A DNA stretch of 64,000 nucleotides from assembly GCA_963813155.1 (NCBI GenBank), contig CAWEYG010000001.1:608001-672000 (forward strand), in the 5' to 3' direction. Within the stretch, counting starts at the first letter, position 1, and each line of letters begins with the position of its first letter. Source of the stretch: an uncultured Acidobacteriota bacterium. Its GTDB lineage: Bacteria > Acidobacteriota > Thermoanaerobaculia > UBA5066 > DATFVB01. This document shows positions 49,335-59,864 of this stretch, piece after piece. The translations under genes were made by a program, and so were the position numbers. A model generated the notes under the pieces. It worked only from the letters and a program-made list of their open reading frames with translations. It was not told the origin of the DNA and ran no database searches.

Positions 49335-50003
49335 TTACTTCGAGTTCGGTGTTGTCTGCGCGGCAACAGAGGCCTGAGCCACGGCTTCGATCTTCGCGTC
49401 GAAGTCGCGGGGATCCGCCGGCTCCTGGTCCGCTTCGGAGTACATTTTCAATTCCACCCGAAAGGCCTTTCCGAGAACGCTCGGGGCGTGTTCCGCGTCA
49501 TAGACGAACGTGAACGTCGGAGTCTGCACCGCGGCCGCATGCGGACCCGCAGGCGAGGCCGTTCCCGCCGACGAGATCGTCGGCTGCGAGTCCCGGCCGT
49601 TGTCGCTGGAAACCGCCTGGATCGCCGTCACGTCCGCCTTCGCGGCGCCTTTCGGCGCCGCGTCCCGCTCGATCGACGAGGGCGGTCCGAAAACGATGAC
49701 GACCTTGCCGCGCAGCGTTTCGGAGCCCTTCGTCTCGCCCGATGAGAAATACTTGTCCGCGACCGAGATCCGCTCGGCCAGCATCTTCTCGAAATCCGGG
49801 CCGCGCCTGGCTTTGTAGTCGAGAACGAAGTTCTGAGCCTCCGCGTCTGTCTTGACCTTCTTCCACTGGTCCCGTTCGGAGCTCGTCAGGAAGTAGGCCT
49901 CCGGCGACCTGTCCCAGGCCCTGTACTTCTTCGAAAGCCCCGCGCCGAAAGCGGGCCCGAACACCGACACCGTCAGCAGAAATCCAAGAATCGGTTTCCT
50001 CAT
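49335..50003 (-). CDS. Secreted GWxTD-like protein, paralog 2
   Basis: Same motifs; SD GAGGAGG. Confidence 0.8.
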   Translation of the reverse strand: MRKPILGFLLTVSVFGPAFGAGLSKKYRAWDRSPEAYFLTSSERDQWKKVKTDAEAQNFVLDYKARRGPDFEKMLAERISVADKYFSSGETKGSETLRGKVVIVFGPPSSIERDAAPKGAAKADVTAIQAVSSDNGRDSQPTISSAGTASPAGPHAAAVQTPTFTFVYDAEHAPSVLGKAFRVELKMYSEADQEPADPRDFDAKIEAVAQASVAAQTTPNSK

Positions 50004-50024
50004 TTCCAGCCTCCTCAAGAGCGC

Positions 50025-50681
50025 TTATTTCGGGTTGGGACTCTCCGAAGCGGTCATCGAGGCCTGAGCCACGGCTTCGAGCTTCGAGTCGAAGTCGCGG
50101 GGGTCCGCCGGCTCCTGATCCGCTTCGGAGTACATCTTCAGCTCCGCCCGAAAGGCCTTTCCGATCGCCTTCGGTGCGTGCTCCTCGTCGTAGATGAACG
50201 TGAAGACAGGAGTCTGCGCGCCGCTCGAGTGCGGGCCCATCGGCGAAGGCGCTCCTGAATTGGAGAGCGCGGAACCTTCGCCCTTGGCGTCGACGGAGTT
50301 GACGCGGCTGAGGTCGGCGTTCGCCTTACCGGCCTTGCGGGGCTCTTTCTCGATCGAAGAAGGAGGGCCGAAGACGATGATGACCTTGCCGCGCAGCGTC
50401 TCGGAGCCCTTCGTCTCGCCCGAAGAAAAATACTTGTCCGCGATCGCGATCCGGTCGGCGAGCATCTTCTCGAAGTCGGGGCCGCGCCGGGCCTTGTAGT
50501 CCAGGACGAAGTTCTGCGCGTCGGCGTCCGTCCTGACCCGCTTCCACCGGACGCGCTCGCCGTTCGTCAGGAAATACGCCTCCGGCGACTTGTCCCAGGT
50601 CTTGTACTTCTTCGACAGCCCGTCGCCGAAAACGGCCGAAGCGGCGAAGAGCAATGCGAGAGAAGCGAGCGTCTTTTTCAT
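50025..50681 (-). CDS. Secreted GWxTD-like protein, paralog 1
   Basis: Same motifs; SD AAGGAGG. Confidence 0.8.
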   Translation of the reverse strand: MKKTLASLALLFAASAVFGDGLSKKYKTWDKSPEAYFLTNGERVRWKRVRTDADAQNFVLDYKARRGPDFEKMLADRIAIADKYFSSGETKGSETLRGKVIIVFGPPSSIEKEPRKAGKANADLSRVNSVDAKGEGSALSNSGAPSPMGPHSSGAQTPVFTFIYDEEHAPKAIGKAFRAELKMYSEADQEPADPRDFDSKLEAVAQASMTASESPNPK

Positions 50682-50747
50682 GATTCCTCCTTTGGCACGA
50701 AGCGCAAGGAATCCCCTTGCATTGGACCAAAGAAGACGGTCAGGAGA

Positions 50748-51897
50748 CTATCGAAATCCTGCTGTTTCCATCCCCTCCGGCGACGCGGCGTGATCCGGCG
50801 GGCGAACGCGTCGACCTCGGCGGCGTAGCCTTCCCAGGAATGGCGCCGGGCGAGCGCCGAAAGCGCGCTTTCGTAGCTCGCGACTCCGCGCCCGAGGACC
50901 CGGACGACCGCGCCGGCGAGCCGCGCGGCGTCGTTTTCCGGCACGAGCTCGCCCGAGGCGTCCGAGACGAATGGAGCGAACCCGGACAAGTCCGAGGCGA
51001 CGACCGGCCGTCGCGCCGCGATCGCTCGGGCGGCGATGCCGGAGCCCGAATTCTTGCGGTAGGGACAGACGACCACGTCGCAGGCGGCCAGCCAGAGATC
51101 CATTTCCTCTTCGGCCACGTAACGATCGACGAGGGTCACGTTCGAGGCGACGGGACGTTTCATGTATTGCTCCACGGATTCGCGCGAGTCGGGGAAAACC
51201 TCCCCCACGAGGGCGATGCGAGCGCCCGTCTCCGCGACGACGGTCGGGGCCGCGTCGAAGAGCACGTCGAGGCCCTTGTAGGGCCGGATCAAGCCGAGGA
51301 AGAGAACGAGCGGCCCGTCGACCCCGCAGCCGCCTTCGCGCCTCGTCCCGGTCGGGCCGCGGCCGCTCGTCGATCGGGTGCGGCAAGACGAGGATCGGCC
51401 GGTTGCCGAGGCGGCTCTCCAGGATCTCGCGGTCCTGCTCCGACTGCGCGATCGCCGCGTCGGCCGATTCCAGCCCGATGCCAGGCGAGTCTCTTCTTCC
51501 AGGGAACGCTCTCGTGGTCGAAGACGTGGTGGCAAAGGATCACGTTTCGAAACGACGGATCGATCCGGCGCGCTTCGCGGAAGACCCCGCGCAGCGGTAG
51601 AGCCCAGAACGCCGTCCACCACGGGGCGACGAGAGCGCTCGCGCCGCAGCCAACGGCCGCCGCTCCCGCCTTTTTCCAGGAGAGCGGATTCGCCCAGTCC
51701 AGAATCGGGTCCGCCCGCGGCGAGCCCTCAGCGTTTTCGAGCGTGTCGAAGCGCCGGGGATTCAGGAACCTCGGATACGCCCGAGAGTAGGAGAAAAAAC
51801 CCGCGAGACTTCCCCCGAGCGCCCTCGCGAGGAGGTGCGTCTGGTGGGCGATCCCGCCGCGATCCGGCGGCGCGGGCCCGAGAAGAGCGATGCTCAC
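50748..51897 (-). CDS. Glycosyltransferase family 4 (several frameshifts; 3' end uncertain)
   Basis: LLGPAPPDRGGIA, PHP, FLGLIRPYKG, PY...SG and PVVASD. Confidence 0.8.
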
Positions 51898-53045
51898 GTC
51901 TGCCTCGCCAGAAAGAACGCCTTCAGGTACTCCGTCTCCGGGCAGTCGATCGAGACGGGGTGGTCCGGGCCCGCTCCCGCCTTTTCGAGGATCGAGAAAG
52001 TCGTCCTCGAATCGAGCGCGGCGGCGAAGAGGATCTTCTGGAACAGGTCCTGGGACACGTGGCCCGAACACGAGCACGCCAGGAGGATGCCCCCGGGCGC
52101 TACGAGCGACATCGCGAGCCGGAACACGTCCTTGTAGCCGCGAGCCGCCCGATCGACGTCGCGCTTCTTCCGCGCGAAGGCCGGAGGATCGCAAACGACG
52201 ACATCCCACGACTCCCCCGCGCCGACGCGCCGCCGGAGCTCCTGGAAAACGTCGCCCTCGACGAAGTCTTCGGACGAGGCCTCGAAGCCGTTTCTCGCGC
52301 GGTTCTCGCGCGCCCCCGCGAGCGCCGATTCCGACGAATCGACATCGACGGCCCTCGCCGCCCCTCCCGCGAGCGCGGCAACGGAAAATCCCCCGGTGTA
52401 GGAAAAGAGATTGAGGACTGTTCGCCCCTCCGCGAGTCGCCGGACGCGATGTCGGTTTTCCCGCTGATCCAGAAAAAAGCCGGTCTTCTGTCCTGTCGAG
52501 ATTTCAGCGGAAAAATCCAGGCCGTGCTCGCGGAACGACGCCCCGGGCGGGTCCACGGGCTCGCGGCCGGAGCCGGTTTCGTCGTCGGCGCGGATCACGA
52601 GACGCTCCGGCGAGAAGACTTCCCGGTAGGCGGTCTCGATCTCGCTTCGGCGGCGACCGGCGCCTTCCGAGGTGAAAACGAGGACGTCGGTGTCACCGTA
52701 GCGGTCCGCGACGAGGCCCGGCGTGCGGTCGCCTTCCGAGTGGAGCAGCCGGTATCCCGTCGTGTCCGGCGGAATCGTCCGCTTCCTCGCCGAGCGCGCC
52801 GCCTCGAATCGCGACCGGAGGAGGCGGGCGTCGACCGGCGCTGCGGAGAAGGTCCACAGACGCGCTTCGATCTGGGATGCGGGAGCGGCGAGCCCGAAGC
52901 CGAGGGTCTCTCCGGAAGACGACCGGACCTGCGCCAGGCCGTCTTCCGGATCGCCTTCCCGCCGGGCCACCGCGCCGGAGAATACCCACGGGTGGCGGCG
53001 AAGGACGGACTGCTCTCTTCCCGGCTTGAGCGTCAGAGTCCACAC
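51894..53045 (-). CDS. rlmI: RlmI-type SAM-dependent rRNA m5C methyltransferase
   Basis: HPWVFSG, SEGD..PGL..D, GQKTGFFLDQRENR, DPPAF and ACSCS. Confidence 0.88.
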   Translation of the reverse strand: MWTLTLKPGREQSVLRRHPWVFSGAVARREGDPEDGLAQVRSSSGETLGFGLAAPASQIEARLWTFSAAPVDARLLRSRFEAARSARKRTIPPDTTGYRLLHSEGDRTPGLVADRYGDTDVLVFTSEGAGRRRSEIETAYREVFSPERLVIRADDETGSGREPVDPPGASFREHGLDFSAEISTGQKTGFFLDQRENRHRVRRLAEGRTVLNLFSYTGGFSVAALAGGAARAVDVDSSESALAGARENRARNGFEASSEDFVEGDVFQELRRRVGAGESWDVVVCDPPAFARKKRDVDRAARGYKDVFRLAMSLVAPGGILLACSCSGHVSQDLFQKILFAAALDSRTTFSILEKAGAGPDHPVSIDCPETEYLKAFFLARQT

Positions 53046-53113
53046 GGCCGGAAGCTTAGCGGAATCGCCGATTTGGATTGACAGAATCGCGATCCAGGTC
53101 TTAAATATCTGGA

Positions 53114-53611
53114 ATGGCAGACGAAAGCAAAGATCCGTACGCCGAGTTCACGGCGAGGGATCTGCTCAAGCTCGGCCTTGCGGCGTTGAAGGCGAAACGA
53201 ATCCCGGAAGCCAGCGGAATGCTCTTCGAAGTGTGCGAGAGGTTCGCGCGCAACGGCGAGCGCGTTCCCCCGACCGCGCTCTCGCTCTACGCCCTGACGC
53301 TCGCCTACCAGAACCGAATGAAGGACGCGATCGATACCTGCCGGCTGGCGCTTCGACGCGAACCCGACAACGCAACGTCGCGGCTCCACATGGCTCGAAT
53401 TTATCTTCTCGCCGATTCCCGACGGCGCGCGTTCGACGAATTGCAGAAGGGCCTCGCGATTTCCCCGAGGAACGCCGACCTGCTCTCGCTCCAAAAAGAG
53501 CTCGGCGCCCGCCGCAAACCGGTCATCGCGCTCCTCGCGCGCGAAAACCCGATCAACGTGAAGCTCGGAAAAGCTCGATCGCAGATTCGGAAGGCGCCGA
53601 AGCCGGCCTAG
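53114..53611 (+). CDS. TPR-repeat protein
   Basis: Helical TPR-like pattern (ALRREPDNA...LAISPRN) and C-terminal RENPINVKLG. Confidence 0.75.
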   Translation: MADESKDPYAEFTARDLLKLGLAALKAKRIPEASGMLFEVCERFARNGERVPPTALSLYALTLAYQNRMKDAIDTCRLALRREPDNATSRLHMARIYLLADSRRRAFDELQKGLAISPRNADLLSLQKELGARRKPVIALLARENPINVKLGKARSQIRKAPKPA

Positions 53612-55380
53612 CCCTTCGGAATCGGATCCCCGGGACTCGCCGCCGGAAAGACGACCCGAAAGACCGCGCCCGAACCCGATTCTCCTTCGACCTCGACCTG
53701 CGCCCGGTGAAGAAGCGCCAGATGCTTCACGATCGCGAGCCCCAGACCCGTGCCCGGCCTCGCCTTCGACCGCGACGGGTCGATCTGATAGAAGCGCTGA
53801 AAGATCTTGTCGCGCTCCGATCGCGGGATGCCGGGCCCACTGTCGGAGATCGTGAGCACGGGAGACCCGTCTCGCAGGCCGAGCGAAGCCTCGACGGGAG
53901 ATCCGTCGGGGGAAAACTTGATCGCGTTGTCGAGCAGGTTGTGGACGATTTGCACGAGCCTCTTGCGATCGCCCGACACGCGAATCTCGCGGTCTCCCGA
54001 GACGCGGACCGCCACCCCGCGCTCGGAGGCCTGGCGCGCCAGATCCCCGGCGACCTCGTCGACGACCGGCAGGAGCGCCACCTCCTCCCACGCGAGCTCG
54101 ATCGCGCCCGATTCCATTCGCGACAGGTCCGTCAGGTCCTCGATCAATTCGTGCATCCGCCGGGTCTGCCGTGCGATCAGCTCGGTCAGCTGAACGCTCT
54201 CGTCTTTCTCCGTTTCGCCCTCGAGCAGAGTTTCCGCGGCCGCCGCGATCGAGGCGACCGGGGTTCGAAGCTCGTGGGACACGTCGGAAACGAAGCGCCG
54301 CCTCATCGCCTCGGTGCGCGCCAGGCGCGTCACGTCCCGGAAGATCCCGACAGCCCTTCCCCTCGTGCCGCGCGGCAGCGGCAGGACGTCGACCTCCCAC
54401 GTGACTTCATTCGGCCTCTTCCAGACGAAGGTCTCTTCCCGGCTCGAGTCCGAGTCGATCGCCTCCCGAAACAGCTCGTGGACCCGGGGATCGCGAACGA
54501 CGTCGACGAGCGGCCGGCCGGCAGGGTCGGGGCATTCGAGCATTTTCGAAAAGGCGCTGTTCGCCTGGACGATCTCCGACTTCTCCCCGATGACGACGAG
54601 ACCCGAGGGGAGCCGGTCGAACGCCGCGGCGGTCAGCTTTCGCTCGGTTTCCGCCGCCGCGAGCGAGGCCAACAGAGAGCTCTTCATGCGGCGAACGGCC
54701 TCGGAAAGGGCGGCTGCCTCCGGCTCGTCCTCCTCGGGCGCGTCGCGCGTGAGATCGCCTCGCGACACGGCGAGCGCGGCTTCGGTCACTCGCCGCAGCG
54801 GGGCCGAGAATCTTCGGCTCGCCAGGTGTCCGACCAGGAAAAGCACGAGGCACGCTCCGAAAATCGCCGCGCGCCCGAGAGAAAGCGTCCGGGACTCGTC
54901 GGCCTGAAGCCGATCGAGCGGATAGGCGAGCCGAATGAACCCGACCGTCGTCCCGGCCGCGTCGACACGGTCGGCGAGATAGATGAAATCGAGATCCAGC
55001 GTCGCCGAAAAACGACGCGAGGAGCCGGTGCCCTGGGCTCTCGCATCCCGGATCTCCGGGCGGTTCGCGTGGTTCTCCATGTTCGGGACCTGGGCAGGCG
55101 GGACCTCGCTGTCGGAGACGACGCGGCCGTCGGGACGGATCGCCGTGACGCGCGCCCCCAGGGTCCTGCCGGACGAGCGGACGAACGCGTCGAGCCCGGC
55201 TTCATCGCCGAACTGAGGCGCCGCCAGCCGGGCGAGCAGGGAGCACTCCGACGAAAGGCGATCGATCGCCCTCGCCTGCGAAGCCCGATCGAGCAGGAAT
55301 CCCCAGAACGCGTTCAGGAGCACCGCAACGCCGAGCGCGAGAAGGCCGAAAAGGAGGGAGAATCGGGACGAGAGCTTCAC
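53608..55380 (-). CDS. phoR: PhoR-like sensor kinase (TM-HAMP-PAS-HisKA-HATPase)
   Basis: MENHANRPE, FVSDVSHELRTP and GTGLGLAIVKH; lies downstream of pst. Confidence 0.88.
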   Translation of the reverse strand: MKLSSRFSLLFGLLALGVAVLLNAFWGFLLDRASQARAIDRLSSECSLLARLAAPQFGDEAGLDAFVRSSGRTLGARVTAIRPDGRVVSDSEVPPAQVPNMENHANRPEIRDARAQGTGSSRRFSATLDLDFIYLADRVDAAGTTVGFIRLAYPLDRLQADESRTLSLGRAAIFGACLVLFLVGHLASRRFSAPLRRVTEAALAVSRGDLTRDAPEEDEPEAAALSEAVRRMKSSLLASLAAAETERKLTAAAFDRLPSGLVVIGEKSEIVQANSAFSKMLECPDPAGRPLVDVVRDPRVHELFREAIDSDSSREETFVWKRPNEVTWEVDVLPLPRGTRGRAVGIFRDVTRLARTEAMRRRFVSDVSHELRTPVASIAAAAETLLEGETEKDESVQLTELIARQTRRMHELIEDLTDLSRMESGAIELAWEEVALLPVVDEVAGDLARQASERGVAVRVSGDREIRVSGDRKRLVQIVHNLLDNAIKFSPDGSPVEASLGLRDGSPVLTISDSGPGIPRSERDKIFQRFYQIDPSRSKARPGTGLGLAIVKHLALLHRAQVEVEGESGSGAVFRVVFPAASPGDPIPKG

Positions 55381-56069
55381 GTGCCGGGCTGGCGGAACCG
55401 GTAGCCGAGCCCCACGACCGTCTCGATTCTCTCGTCGCCCAGCTTTTTCCGAAGCGACCGGATGTGCACGTCGACGGTGCGAGTCTCGACATCGGCGTCG
55501 TAGTCCCAGAGCCGCGCGAGAATCGTGTCTCGTGTCACCACCCGGGAACGATTGCGGATCAGCAGCCAGAGAAGGTCGAACTCTTTCTTCGTGAGGTGAA
55601 CCGGAACGCCGTCCTTGACGACTTCGTAGCGAGCGCGATCGACCCGAAGGCCGGGCTGCTCGAACACCTCTTCTTCGGAGGTTTCGAAGGAGGCGACCCG
55701 ACGCAGGTGAGCGGAGACCCGCGCGACGAGCTCCTTCATCGAAAAGGGTTTCGTGATGTAGTCGTCGGCGCCGATCTCGAACCCGAGCAGCTTGTCGCGC
55801 TCCTCCACCCGGGCGGTCAGCATGATGATCGGAATCTTCTTCGTGTCTTCCTGGGAACGCAATTCGCGGCAGAGAGCCAGCCCGTCGATGTCGGGAAGGT
55901 TCAAGTCGAGAATGATCAGGTCGAAAGGACGTTCGTGGAGAGCGCTGAGGGCCGCGATGCCCGAGGCGAAATGCTCCACGTGGTAGCGCTTCTCTTTGCG
56001 CAGGTTCACCCGAATCGTGTACGCGATGTCGGGATCGTCCTCGATGAGCGCGATTCGTTTTTGCGCCAA
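55377..56069 (-). CDS. phoB: PhoB/PhoP-like response regulator
   Basis: Receiver domain plus wHTH (TRTVDVHIRSLRKKLG); TTG start with an SD. Confidence 0.85.
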   Translation of the reverse strand: MAQKRIALIEDDPDIAYTIRVNLRKEKRYHVEHFASGIAALSALHERPFDLIILDLNLPDIDGLALCRELRSQEDTKKIPIIMLTARVEERDKLLGFEIGADDYITKPFSMKELVARVSAHLRRVASFETSEEEVFEQPGLRVDRARYEVVKDGVPVHLTKKEFDLLWLLIRNRSRVVTRDTILARLWDYDADVETRTVDVHIRSLRKKLGDERIETVVGLGYRFRQPGT

Positions 56070-56103
56070 CGTCCCTCTGTTCGAATCCTGCCCGTTCTTG
56101 CCG

Positions 56104-56911
56104 TTAACCGAATCGCCCGGTAATGTAGTCTTCGGTGATCTTCTCTCCGGGATTCGTGAAGATTTTGTCGGTTCGATCATACTCGACGAGCCTCCCCAGC
56201 ATGAAAAATGCGGTTCCGTCCGAGACGCGCGCCGCCTGCTGCATATTGTGCGTCACGATCGCGATCGTGTAGCGCTCCTTGAGTTGATAGATGAGCTCCT
56301 CGACCTTCTGCGTGGCGATCGGGTCGAGCGCCGAAGCGGGCTCGTCCATCAGGATGACTTCCGGCTCGATCGCGAGGGCCCGGGCGATGCAGAGCCGCTG
56401 CTGCTGGCCGCCGGAGAGGCCGAGCGCCGGGTCGTCCAGTCGGTCCTTGACCTCGTCCCAGAGCGCCGCCTCCTGGAGCGACTTCTCGACCCGCTCGGCA
56501 ATCTGCGACCGGCGGACGGTTCCGTTGATTCGAAGGCCATACGCGACGTTGTCGAAGATCGATTTGGGAAAGGGATTCGATTTCTGGAAGACCATCCCCA
56601 CCCGGCGCCGAAGATCGACGATGTCGACGTCGCCCTCGTAGATGTCCGTTCCGTCGAGCAACACGTCGCCCTCGACGCGCGTCGCCGGAATGATGTCGTT
56701 CATCCGGTTGAGGCAGCGGAGAAACGTCGATTTTCCGCATCCGGAGGGACCGATCAACGCGGTGACCGATTTCTCCGGGATCGGCAGGGAAACGTCGAAC
56801 AGCGCCTGACGTTTCGCCGTAGAAGAAATTGACGTGACGGGCCTCCATCCGCGGCTTCGCGGCGCCGGTGGCCGGGCTCGTTTGAGGTGGAACCGTCGTG
56901 ATCGTCGTCAT
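56104..56911 (-). CDS. pstB: Phosphate ABC transporter ATPase (frameshift near 56800)
   Basis: [32 protein letters not shown] and YITGRFG. Confidence 0.93.
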
Positions 56912-56915
56912 CGTG

Positions 56916-57771
56916 TCAACCGACCCTCATCCTTTCCAGTCGCCGCGTTGCGACTCGGGCCAGAACCGAAAAGAGGAACACGAGCATGATCAGCACCAGA
57001 GCGCCCGCCCATGCCAGACGATGCCAGTCTTCGTAGGGCGAAATCGCGTAGCTGTAAATCTGCACGGTCAAGCGACGCCGTCGGCTGGTCCAGCCGGTTG
57101 CTCCAGAACTGGTTGTTGAACGAGGTGAAGAGCAGCGGCGCCGTCTCCCCGGCGATCCGGGCGATCGCGACGAGAATCGATGTCAGAATTCCGGAAAGCG
57201 CCGCCGGCAAAATGATCGTGAATGCCGTCCGGGCGCGCGTGGCGCCCAGAGCCAGGCCGCCTTCGCGAAGGCTGTTGGGAACGAGAAGGATCAACTCCTC
57301 CGTGGCTCGGGTGACAATCGGGATCATCATCATCGCGAGCGCCACGCCGCCCGCGATCGCGGAGAACCGCCGCATGGGAATGACGACGAGCCCGTAGGCG
57401 AAGATGCCGATCACGATCGACGGGATTCCGTTGAGGATGTCGGCGCAGAACCGGATCGCCTGGGCCAGGCCCGTTCCCTTGTACTCCGCGACGTAGATCC
57501 CGGCGAGGACCCCGACCGGGACGGACAGAGCCGAAGCGATCGCGATGAGCTTGATCGTGCCGACGATCGCGTTGGCCATTCCTCCGCCCGTCTCGCCCAT
57601 GGGCTTCGGCAGCTTCGTGAAGAAATTCCAGCTGAGCGAGGAGAACCCCTTCCACAGGCAGTAGAACAGGATCAGCGCGAGAGGCGCCAGCGCGAGCAAC
57701 ACCGCGAGCCCGCTCGCCGCAACCATGACGCTCGACAGCCCTTTGCGGAAGCGAAGGTTGCGCGCCCTCAT
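56916..57771 (-). CDS. pstA: Phosphate ABC permease (frameshift near 57070)
   Basis: GGMANAIVGT, PSIVIG, RIAGETAPLLFT and AWAGALVL. Confidence 0.9.
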
Positions 57772-58764
57772 GCCGGCACCGCCGCGACGGGCTGGGCGGC
57801 CGCTTCCGCGGCGCGCCTCTGCGGCTCGCGGGTCGTCGACCAGATGAGGAGCCGCGAGAACAGGCTGATCGCGAACGTGATCACAAAGAGAACGAGGCCG
57901 ATCTCGAAGAGCGCCTGCAGGTACAGGTCGGTCGCCGCTTCGGAGAATTCGTTGGCCAGCACGGCGGCCATCGTGTGCTGGGGCGCGAACAAGGACAGGC
58001 GAGATCTGCGGGTTGTTGCCGATGAGCATCGTGACCGCCATCGTCTCGCCGAACGCCCGGCCGAAGCCCAGCATGATGGCCCCGATGAGGCCCGTGCGCC
58101 CGTAGCGCATCGCCACGAGCGTCGCCTCCCATTTCGTCGCGCCGAGCGCGTACGCCGCCTCGCGCTGCGTCATGGGAACGGCCTTGAGCACCTCCCGCGA
58201 AATCGACGAAATGAACGGGATGACCATGACCGTCAGGATCAGGCCCGCCGCGAGCATTCCGATGCCGTACGGAGGGCCCGAGAAGATCGGCAGTTTGTGC
58301 AAGGGCGTCTTCGAGACGAGGGTCTCGAACTTTCGGACGATCGGAACGAGGACGAACACTCCCCACAGCCCGTAGACGATCGAAGGGATCGCCGCGAGAA
58401 GCTCCGTGAGAAAGGCCAACGGCTGCTTCCACCGGTTCGGAGAGATCTCCGTGATGAAGACCGCGATGCCGAGCGCGATCGGCACGGAAAAGACAATCGC
58501 GAAAATCGACGAATAGAGCGTTCCCCAGATGAACGGGAGAGCGCCGAAGTCGCCGGACACGGGGTCCCAGCTGGTGCTCGTCCAGAACTTCCAGCCGAAC
58601 TTGTGGATCGCGAGCGCGGAGTGCCGATAGAGCTCGAAACCGATGCCGGCGACCACGAGCAGGACGATCGACGCGACGAGGCCCGTCCAGAAACGAAACG
58701 ATCCGTCGTCGTTGCGGCGGACCCTCTTCTTCTTCAAAGCCGGAGGCATCGTTTGCTGGCCCAT
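57768..58764 (-). CDS. pstC: Phosphate ABC permease (frameshift near 57995)
   Basis: ELLAAIPSIVYGLWG, GRAFGETMAV and LANEFSEA. Confidence 0.9.
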
Positions 58765-58778
58765 GGCAAGTTGTGTCG

Positions 58779-58814
58779 GAGCGGCCCGACCGCCATTGAA
58801 CGGCCGGGCCGCTC
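58779..58814 (-). other. Stem-loop between pstS and pstC (probable mRNA stabiliser or attenuator)
   Basis: GAGCGGCCCG...CGGGCCGCTC inverted repeat with no long T-tract. Confidence 0.55.
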
Positions 58815-58824
58815 GACTACCAGT

Positions 58825-59841
58825 TTATTTGACTTTCCCGATCGCCGCTTCTTCGAGAGCGACGACCTGCTTCGGAAGCGGCGCGTACCCGAGGTCCGCG
58901 CAGTATTTCTGGCCGTCCGTCAGCATCCAGTGCATGAAATCCGTCAGGATCTTTCCCTTCGCCTTGTCTTTCTGATTCTGGTACACGAGGAGCCACGTGA
59001 ACGAGGAGATCGGGTACACCTTCTCGCCGGGAGCGTTCGTGATCGAAACCCGGAAATCCTTCGGCATCGCCGTCGCGGCCACCGCGGCCGATTCCGTCAC
59101 TCCGTCAAGCGAGGCTCGAACGAAACGCCCCGAGGCGTTCTGGACCTGGCCGTAATCGATCTTGTTCTGAATGGCGTAGATCAACTCCACGTAGCCGATC
59201 GCGCCCGGCTGTTGTTTCACCTGGCCCGCAACGCCCTCATTGCCCTTGCCTCCGACTCCCACCGGCCACTTCAGCGAGGTCGCAACCCCGACCGTCTTCT
59301 TCCAGGCCGGGGAAACCTTCGCGAGGTAATCGGCCCAGATGTAGGTCGTCCCCGAACCGTCGGACCGGTGCACGACCGCGATGTCCACGTCGGGAAATTT
59401 CACGCCGGCGTTCAGGACCGCGATCGCCTTGTCGTTCCATTTCGTGATTTTTCCCATGAAAATGTCCGCGAGCACGGGGCCCGTGAATTTCAGCTCGGCA
59501 TTGACGCCCGGAATGTTGTAGACGGGAACGACGGCGCCGAGAACCGTCGGGAAATGGAGGATGCCGGGCGCACCCTGCAGCTGCTCCGCGTTCATCGGCC
59601 CGTCGCTCGCGCCGAAGTCGACGGTGTGCTCCGTGATCTGCCGGATTCCTCCGCCCGAGCCGATCGACTGATAGTTGATCTGAACGTTCGGATGGGCGTT
59701 GTGGTACTCGGAAAACCACTTCGTGTAGATCGGGGCGGGGAACGTCGCCCCCGCACCGTTCAACTGAATGGTCTGCGCCGAAGCCGGAACAACCGCGAGG
59801 GCCGCGCCGGCGATCAGGCCGAGAATTCGATTCAACTGCAT
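58825..59841 (-). CDS. pstS: Phosphate-binding protein
   Basis: GAGATFP, YQSIGSGGG, DFGASD and HRSDGSGTT. Confidence 0.96.
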   Translation of the reverse strand: MQLNRILGLIAGAALAVVPASAQTIQLNGAGATFPAPIYTKWFSEYHNAHPNVQINYQSIGSGGGIRQITEHTVDFGASDGPMNAEQLQGAPGILHFPTVLGAVVPVYNIPGVNAELKFTGPVLADIFMGKITKWNDKAIAVLNAGVKFPDVDIAVVHRSDGSGTTYIWADYLAKVSPAWKKTVGVATSLKWPVGVGGKGNEGVAGQVKQQPGAIGYVELIYAIQNKIDYGQVQNASGRFVRASLDGVTESAAVAATAMPKDFRVSITNAPGEKVYPISSFTWLLVYQNQKDKAKGKILTDFMHWMLTDGQKYCADLGYAPLPKQVVALEEAAIGKVK

Positions 59842-59864
59842 TTCAATACCTCAATTTCATCAAG

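Noticed and set aside
47970-50681. Diversity-generating retroelement or shufflon behind the GWxTD-like array
   Set aside because: No reverse transcriptase, recombinase or inverted cassette is in the window, and the differences include indels and are not adenine-specific by eye.
50692-50710. TTGGCACG as a sigma-54 promoter for the GWxTD-like array
   Set aside because: It is on the wrong strand and has no correctly spaced TTGC.
4914-55404. Long antisense or alternate-frame ORFs (e.g. 15510..17915, 17805..20189, 23371..25194, 52723..55404)
   Set aside because: These are Arg/Gly/Pro-rich shadow ORFs, typical of high-GC DNA, that overlap well-supported genes.
26885-58764. Many split genes (ccmA, ccmF, cupin, ABC exporter, livK, ACAD, GT4, pstA/B/C) read as pseudogenes or programmed frameshifts
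   Set aside because: Single-base shifts are scattered through otherwise intact housekeeping genes with no shared slippery motif. Uncorrected long-read indels are the simpler explanation.
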